Of a stretch of 64,000 bases of DNA, positions 58,951 to 64,000 are shown piece by piece. The stretch is from Dehalococcoidia bacterium (lineage in GTDB: Bacteria > Chloroflexota > Dehalococcoidia > DSTF01 > JALHUB01). Where the stretch lies: contig JASEFU010000002.1 in assembly GCA_030018455.1 (NCBI GenBank), positions 269,480-333,479 on the forward strand. Direction: 5' to 3'. Below the pieces are notes generated by a model. The model was not told the origin of the DNA. It ran no database searches and saw only the letters and a list, made by a program, of their open reading frames with translations. Both the position numbers and the translations under genes were made by a program. Each line of letters starts with the position of its first letter. The first letter of the stretch is position 1.

Positions 58951-59556
58951 CTATTCGACCTCCTCTTCCCCTTCGTCCTCTACGTCATCGCCGTCCTCAA
59001 CCGTCGCGTCGCCGCCCTTCTTGCCCTTGCTGAAATCAGGCGGGCCGCGCTCGACCGCGTGACAGGGGACGTTGACTTGCTTGCCGCTGGGCGTGGTCTT
59101 CACCACCGTCTCGCCCTTCTCGCAGGTGCCGTCGCCGTTCTCCGGCCCGAAGTTGGGGTTCTCGTCCGGTATGCCGACTGTCTCGCGCGGTAGGTCTTCG
59201 TCCTCACCGTCTTCGACTTCGCCGTCGGTTTCAGTCTCATCGACGCCGTCCTCAGTTTCGTCAGCGTCTTCATCGACGGTGCCGTCGTCCTCGGTGTCGC
59301 CGTCGGTTTCCTCTGTGGTCCCGTCGGTATCCGTGTCCGTCTGATCGACGTCGCCCTCGGTGTCACCGGATGTCTCGTCTCCGGTTGCGCCGTCATCCGT
59401 GACGCCGTCGTCGGTCTCCGTCGCTACCGTGTCCGCCGACGTGCCGGGCAGCACGTCCTGCGAAGCGAACGCGCCGACGGCGGCGCCCATTGCAAGCACT
59501 GCTACTACGATGCCGATGGACGCTTTGTGGCTCAGAAATGCCGGCAATATCCTCAT
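58951..59556 (-). CDS. Exported, highly acidic low-complexity protein
   Basis: GGAGGTGA RBS; signal/TM segment; D/E/T/G tract; small two-Cys C-terminal motif. Confidence 0.75.
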   Translation of the reverse strand: MRILPAFLSHKASIGIVVAVLAMGAAVGAFASQDVLPGTSADTVATETDDGVTDDGATGDETSGDTEGDVDQTDTDTDGTTEETDGDTEDDGTVDEDADETEDGVDETETDGEVEDGEDEDLPRETVGIPDENPNFGPENGDGTCEKGETVVKTTPSGKQVNVPCHAVERGPPDFSKGKKGGDATVEDGDDVEDEGEEEVE

Positions 59557-59728
59557 CCGCTCACCTCCTCCAAAATTGGGGTCATTTTATCAATCGGAAC
59601 AACCCTTCTCAATCTGTGATCGTGAACGCTCTCGAAGCGCCCTCTCGGATCTCATGCGTTTCCTGGAATCGGTCGCCTGAACACGGCGGGCGGGTCTCTT
59701 CCTGGCCCGCCCTGGTTGACACGGCAGG

Positions 59729-60727
59729 TCACACGTAGACTGGGTCGAGGTAGACAGAGCGCTCGATGGCCGCGGGCGTGGGAATTCCGGGCGCGATGAT
59801 CTGGAAGAGCGTCGTCGAGTGGGGCAGCGGCTCCATCAGGCCAAACAGGCGGCCCTCCACCGCCAGCGAGACCATAAGCTCGTTTCGGCCGCGGTCAGCC
59901 GCGAGCTTCATCAGCTCCAGGAACACCGCCAGCATCGCCTCTTCGTGGCCTTCAGCGTAGCCGTAGTCGAGCACGAATGCGGGCGCGGAGACGTGCTCTT
60001 CGCCCGTCGCCTTGAGCCGCTCGATGATTTTCAGGCAGCAGCCGAAGTCCCAGAAGCCGGCGGCGGCCACCAGCTCTCCGCCCAGCCAGTAGCCGCGCCA
60101 GTGACGCCAGCCGTAAGTCGGGCTGAGGCTGAGACGCCGCGCGAGGAACTCGGTGGTGTAGGGCATGAACATCTCGCGGCCGGCGTGCGTGCGGTTTATC
60201 AGGTCGACGATGCAGCGCGACTCGTCGAGGCCGACCGCTTTCACGTGTTCGTCCGCCGTTTGCCCCGCGGCCGTCACGTCGAAGGCATCGAGCCGGCCCT
60301 GGGCGGGCCAGCTTTCCATGTTCAGGCGCTCCCCAAACGCGAGCGACGTCTTGTTGTCGGGGCTGATGAGCCAGTAAGGCGTGTCGACGTTGGCGTCCAT
60401 TGTCAGCGCGATGTTCTTCAGAACGAGATCGGTGGCTACGTGGCGGCGCCGGTATTCGGGAAGGATGCGGCCCTGGTGGATATACAGCAGGCGCCGCCGC
60501 TGCCCCTCGACCAACGCGTCGTGCCAGGCGCCCGCCACCACGCCGATGAGGTCGCCGTCCTCCTCCGCCACGACGACGTGTCCGTGCTCCTGCATCTCCT
60601 GGTGAACAAAGAAATTGGGCGCGCGATCGAAGAACAGCAACCGGTCGCCGAGGTCGAGCGGGGCGCCCAGCTCCATTTCGATGAGGGCGTCGTTGTCGTC
60701 CGGTCGGGCTTCTCTGACGATATGCAC
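59729..60727 (-). CDS. GNAT-fold acetyltransferase
   Basis: IVREARPDD, VVVAEEDGDLIG and ILPEYRRRHVA (motif A); second degenerate GNAT-like half. Confidence 0.75.
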   Translation of the reverse strand: MHIVREARPDDNDALIEMELGAPLDLGDRLLFFDRAPNFFVHQEMQEHGHVVVAEEDGDLIGVVAGAWHDALVEGQRRRLLYIHQGRILPEYRRRHVATDLVLKNIALTMDANVDTPYWLISPDNKTSLAFGERLNMESWPAQGRLDAFDVTAAGQTADEHVKAVGLDESRCIVDLINRTHAGREMFMPYTTEFLARRLSLSPTYGWRHWRGYWLGGELVAAAGFWDFGCCLKIIERLKATGEEHVSAPAFVLDYGYAEGHEEAMLAVFLELMKLAADRGRNELMVSLAVEGRLFGLMEPLPHSTTLFQIIAPGIPTPAAIERSVYLDPVYV

Positions 60728-60770
60728 GGCAGGAGAATACTAGATCATTCGCCGGATGCAGACAAAGCCC

Positions 60771-63700
60771 CTACTCGTAACGGAGCGCTTCGGCGATGGG
60801 GATGCCCGCCGCCTGCCGCGACGGGATGAACGTCATCACCAGCGACGCAATGTAGGCGAAAAGGCAGATAAAGGAAAGCTCCAGCCAGGGGATGTAGAAC
60901 CCCTTAATCCCCGTCGCCGCGAACTCGTCACTCGTTATGAGGAAGTACGACAGCAGGATCGCCAGCCCGAGCCCCGACAGGATGCCCAGCAGGGTGACGA
61001 AAGATGACTCCATCAGGAGGCTCAGCGCCACGGTGCCGCGCGAGTAACCTATCGCCCGCAGCATCCCGATCTGCTGTCTTCGCTCCACCACGGTTCGGAA
61101 GGCGATGACGCCAACGGCGGCAATCCCCACAATCAGGCCAAGGCCCATGAAGCCCTGCATCAGGTACTGCAGCCCCCGGAAGAGCGCCTGGTCGCTCTCG
61201 CGCTCCGCCTTGATGGAAGACGCCTGCGCCCCGGACGTGAACAGCGCCGCTTCGATTGCCTTCGCCGTGTCCTCGGCAGCCCCCGGGTCGGAGAGCCTGA
61301 TCACATAGGTCGAGTACTCCGGCTGCCCGAAGACCTCCTGGATGAAGCGCTGGGAAGTAATGAGGCCGCCGAAGGTGGAGAAAGGGCCCATTCCCGTGGC
61401 GCCGACGTTGAGGACGCCCACGAGCGTCACCTCGCCGACCACTGCCGTCGCCCTGTCGCGCACCTGGATGGTAATGGGATCGAATTCGGTGGTCTGGGCG
61501 TCGATGCCATCAAGCCGGAAGATTTCCATCCCGCCGCCGAACCCGAAGTCCTGTGGTATCGCGCTGTTGTCGATTACCGCCAGGTTGCGGTTCGACCGCA
61601 CGGCCTGCCACACTGCTTCGTCGCTGACGTAGCCCCTGGCGCGCGCCTGTAGCCCCAGCCTCGTATCTGCGAGGAACTCCTCGTCCGCGCCCTTCACCAC
61701 GAAGAAGCTGAATTCCTCCTGCCCCCTCTGCCGCAACTCCGTAGCGAAGGGCTGCGCGATGTCCAGCCTGCCGACGTCGGCGAAGGCGTCGGTGTTGACG
61801 GAGCCCTCCGCCTCCAGGGCCGCGCGCAGGTCGCCCAGGGGGTTGTTCGGGTTTTCGATGACTTCGATGTCCCAGCCGCCGCGCGACTCCTCGCTCAGGA
61901 ATAGCCGGTCGAAATTCGCGTTCATTGCCGACATCATCGTCAGAGCGAAGACAACGAGCGCGATCATGGCCATTGTCATGCCGGTACGGAATTTGCTCGC
62001 CAGCGGGTATGCCACGGCCGTCTTCAACGCGGGGAGTATGCGTGTCATCCGGCTCCCCAGCAGCGTGAAGAAGTGGAGGAGAAGGTCGGCGTTGTAGACG
62101 ATAACGAAAGTGGCGGCGGCGACCATTGTGATCCCGCTCAAGAAAAATATCTCTACCCCGCCGGCCATCTCACGGTTGGCAGTCAGGAATTCAGGCAGGT
62201 GGCCGCCCGCTCCCAGGAGCCACCACACGAGCAGGATGAGCCCCGTGGCCGTGAATAAAGGCCGTTCCGGCAGCCGCGCGTAGCGTCCGCCGATAGCGAC
62301 CGCGAACATGATTAGCGAGAAGCCGAAGGCGTACGGGAATAGCTGCTCGACTGAGACGCCCGTGAACATCAGGAACGCCCCGAAGAGGATGAGGACAATG
62401 GCGGAGAGGAGGGTCCGCCAGCCCGGCCGCGATTCCGGCTCCGGCAGGTCGCGGATGGCGCGCACGATGTTGAGGCTGCTCGCCCGCCATGAGGCGAAGA
62501 CGACGGTCAGGAACGTCATCACCACGCCGAGAGAATACGAGATGATGAGGCTGCGGGCGGTCACGTTCGGCTCGACGCTGATGTCGAACTCGGAGAAGAC
62601 TGCGGCCATCACGCCGGTAAGCAGCAGCGACACGAGGACGCCCAGCATCACGCCTACCGCCGCCGACAGCAGGTTGTAGCCCATGCCCTCCGACATGAAC
62701 ATCTGCACCAGGTGGCGGCGCTTCGTGCCCACCGCTCGCGATATGCCCATCTCCGTCTTTCGCTCGGCTGCGAGCATCACGAAGATCATGATGATGAGCA
62801 GGATGCCCGCCGCTATGGAGAACAGCCCCAGGATGATGAAGAAGGTCATTATTCCGTTGCCGAACTCCTCGGCGAACTCCAGGTTCTCCTGCTTCGTCGG
62901 CTCCACCGTGAGATCGAGCCGCTGCTGCTCGATAGCCGTCTCCAGCCTCTCGACCACCTGATCGGTCACGCCGACGGAGTCGCGGACACCGCCGGTGTTC
63001 GAGATGACAACGAAATCGACGTTGCCCTCGCGCCCGAAGAGACGCTGAAGCACGTCCAGCCGCGCGGCTATTCCGCTCCTCGACTCGAAGCCCACGGCGC
63101 CCGTCACCGCCTTGTCCTGGACGACTTCGGCGACGCGGAAGCGCAGCGGCTCGCCTCTGAAGTAGACGGTGACCGTGTCGCCGGCTTGCACGTCCAGTTC
63201 GTCGGCCGCGCTCTCGTTGAGGTAGACTTCGTCTTCGGCGAGATCGCCCACGCGGAGGGTTCGACCGTCGAGGGAGACGACGTCGGGGAACGCCTCCATG
63301 CGCTCGGGATCGAGACCGACCATTCCCACGTTCGGTATCGAGAGCCGCGTCTCCTCGTTCACCGCCGGTACCCGCTCGAGCAGCACCGGCGCCATGCCGT
63401 CGATGTCCGGGTCGGCGCTTGTGACCGCCTCCAGGTCATCGACGACGGCGCTGGGGATCGTCAGATCGCTTCCGGCGAAGGCGACGCCTTCCGCCTGCGT
63501 CTCGAACTGCACGATCTCGTCGACGTGCCCCAGGACGTCGTATGCCGTCTTGGTGATCGTGTGGTCGACCGTGTCGCCGGTGGTGAAGGCGGCAGAGACG
63601 ATAAGGGTGCTGAGCATGAGCCCGATGATTATCAGCACGGTTTGGGCCACGCGCCGCGGTATGTTGCGCAGTCCGATGAGGAACATGACGCGATTGCGGA

Positions 63701-63794
63701 ACGCTGTGAAAGCGACGGTGAAGAGCGCGATCGCGAGGAGGACGATCATGGCGATCATGATCGAGTTCATCGGAATGCCGAAGAGACTGTCCAC
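60771..63794 (-). CDS. Duplicated FtsX/MacB-like ABC permease
   Basis: Two AAERKTEMGISRAVG / VVERRQQIGMLRAIG motifs, two large extracytoplasmic domains, EALRYE C-terminus. Confidence 0.92.
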   Translation of the reverse strand: MDSLFGIPMNSIMIAMIVLLAIALFTVAFTAFRNRVMFLIGLRNIPRRVAQTVLIIIGLMLSTLIVSAAFTTGDTVDHTITKTAYDVLGHVDEIVQFETQAEGVAFAGSDLTIPSAVVDDLEAVTSADPDIDGMAPVLLERVPAVNEETRLSIPNVGMVGLDPERMEAFPDVVSLDGRTLRVGDLAEDEVYLNESAADELDVQAGDTVTVYFRGEPLRFRVAEVVQDKAVTGAVGFESRSGIAARLDVLQRLFGREGNVDFVVISNTGGVRDSVGVTDQVVERLETAIEQQRLDLTVEPTKQENLEFAEEFGNGIMTFFIILGLFSIAAGILLIIMIFVMLAAERKTEMGISRAVGTKRRHLVQMFMSEGMGYNLLSAAVGVMLGVLVSLLLTGVMAAVFSEFDISVEPNVTARSLIISYSLGVVMTFLTVVFASWRASSLNIVRAIRDLPEPESRPGWRTLLSAIVLILFGAFLMFTGVSVEQLFPYAFGFSLIMFAVAIGGRYARLPERPLFTATGLILLVWWLLGAGGHLPEFLTANREMAGGVEIFFLSGITMVAAATFVIVYNADLLLHFFTLLGSRMTRILPALKTAVAYPLASKFRTGMTMAMIALVVFALTMMSAMNANFDRLFLSEESRGGWDIEVIENPNNPLGDLRAALEAEGSVNTDAFADVGRLDIAQPFATELRQRGQEEFSFFVVKGADEEFLADTRLGLQARARGYVSDEAVWQAVRSNRNLAVIDNSAIPQDFGFGGGMEIFRLDGIDAQTTEFDPITIQVRDRATAVVGEVTLVGVLNVGATGMGPFSTFGGLITSQRFIQEVFGQPEYSTYVIRLSDPGAAEDTAKAIEAALFTSGAQASSIKAERESDQALFRGLQYLMQGFMGLGLIVGIAAVGVIAFRTVVERRQQIGMLRAIGYSRGTVALSLLMESSFVTLLGILSGLGLAILLSYFLITSDEFAATGIKGFYIPWLELSFICLFAYIASLVMTFIPSRQAAGIPIAEALRYE

Positions 63795-63813
63795 CGCCGT
63801 CCTCCCGGGCCGC

Positions 63814-64000
63814 TCAGCGGCTTTCCTGGCCGTTGTTGCGTTTTTCGTCGACGATGAGGCCGTCGATCATGTAGACGGTGCGATGAGCGCGGGCGGCGAT
63901 GTTCGGGTCATGGGTGACGAGCACGAACGTCTGCTGCCTTTTTGCGTTGAGCTCGCAGATGAGGTCCATTATTTCCTGGGCGTTTGTGCTGTCGAGGTCG
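63814..64000 (-). CDS. ABC transporter ATP-binding protein (3' part; LolD/MacB-like)
   Basis: Manual translation DLDSTNAQEIMDL...TFVLVTHDPNIAARAHR shows the D-loop and H-loop. Confidence 0.88.
   Translation of the reverse strand, partial: DLDSTNAQEIMDLICELNAKRQQTFVLVTHDPNIAARAHRTVYMIDGLIVDEKRNNGQESR

Overview
High-GC bacterial chromosomal window, mostly housekeeping genes. Gene style and content suggest Chloroflexota (probably Dehalococcoidia-like); this is an inference, not a tested placement. In order: the start of a dcw cluster (mraZ-rsmH-ftsL-like-ftsI-murF, minus strand); mog-trmD-rplS-def-tRNA nucleotidyltransferase-secDF; selB; a small accessory islet encoding a secreted M23-like/LGFP-like protein with a split dockerin-like tail; an HDAC-family deacetylase, hemW and aspS; a peptide ABC transporter; tig-clpP-clpX; tlyA-nadK-argA-like-Nudix; an MNT-HEPN toxin-antitoxin pair; a TCA cluster (sdhABCD convergent with aconitase-mdh-two-subunit fumarase, plus an acyl-CoA carboxylase beta subunit); larE, an HD-GYP protein, rplY, fmt, secG, yvcK and gatB; and a tRNA operon (Trp, Leu, Cys, Leu). 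The most unusual structure is at 56585-57267. Directly downstream of tRNA-Leu(TAA) are two identical 298-bp tandem units. Each unit holds a degenerate GIY-YIG nuclease mini-ORF and a chimeric tRNA-Leu-like copy (anticodon TAG), and each copy is interrupted at two sites by versions of the same 20-bp palindrome (CCTGCCTGCCGGCAGGCRGG). This looks like a tRNA-anchored, nuclease-associated micro-element system. Other notable signals are MraZ boxes, a sigma-28-like promoter before the HD-GYP gene, a likely single substitution hitting both TA genes, REP-like hairpins and a loop-deleted (probably CC-adding) nucleotidyltransferase. All calls were made by eye, without database searches.
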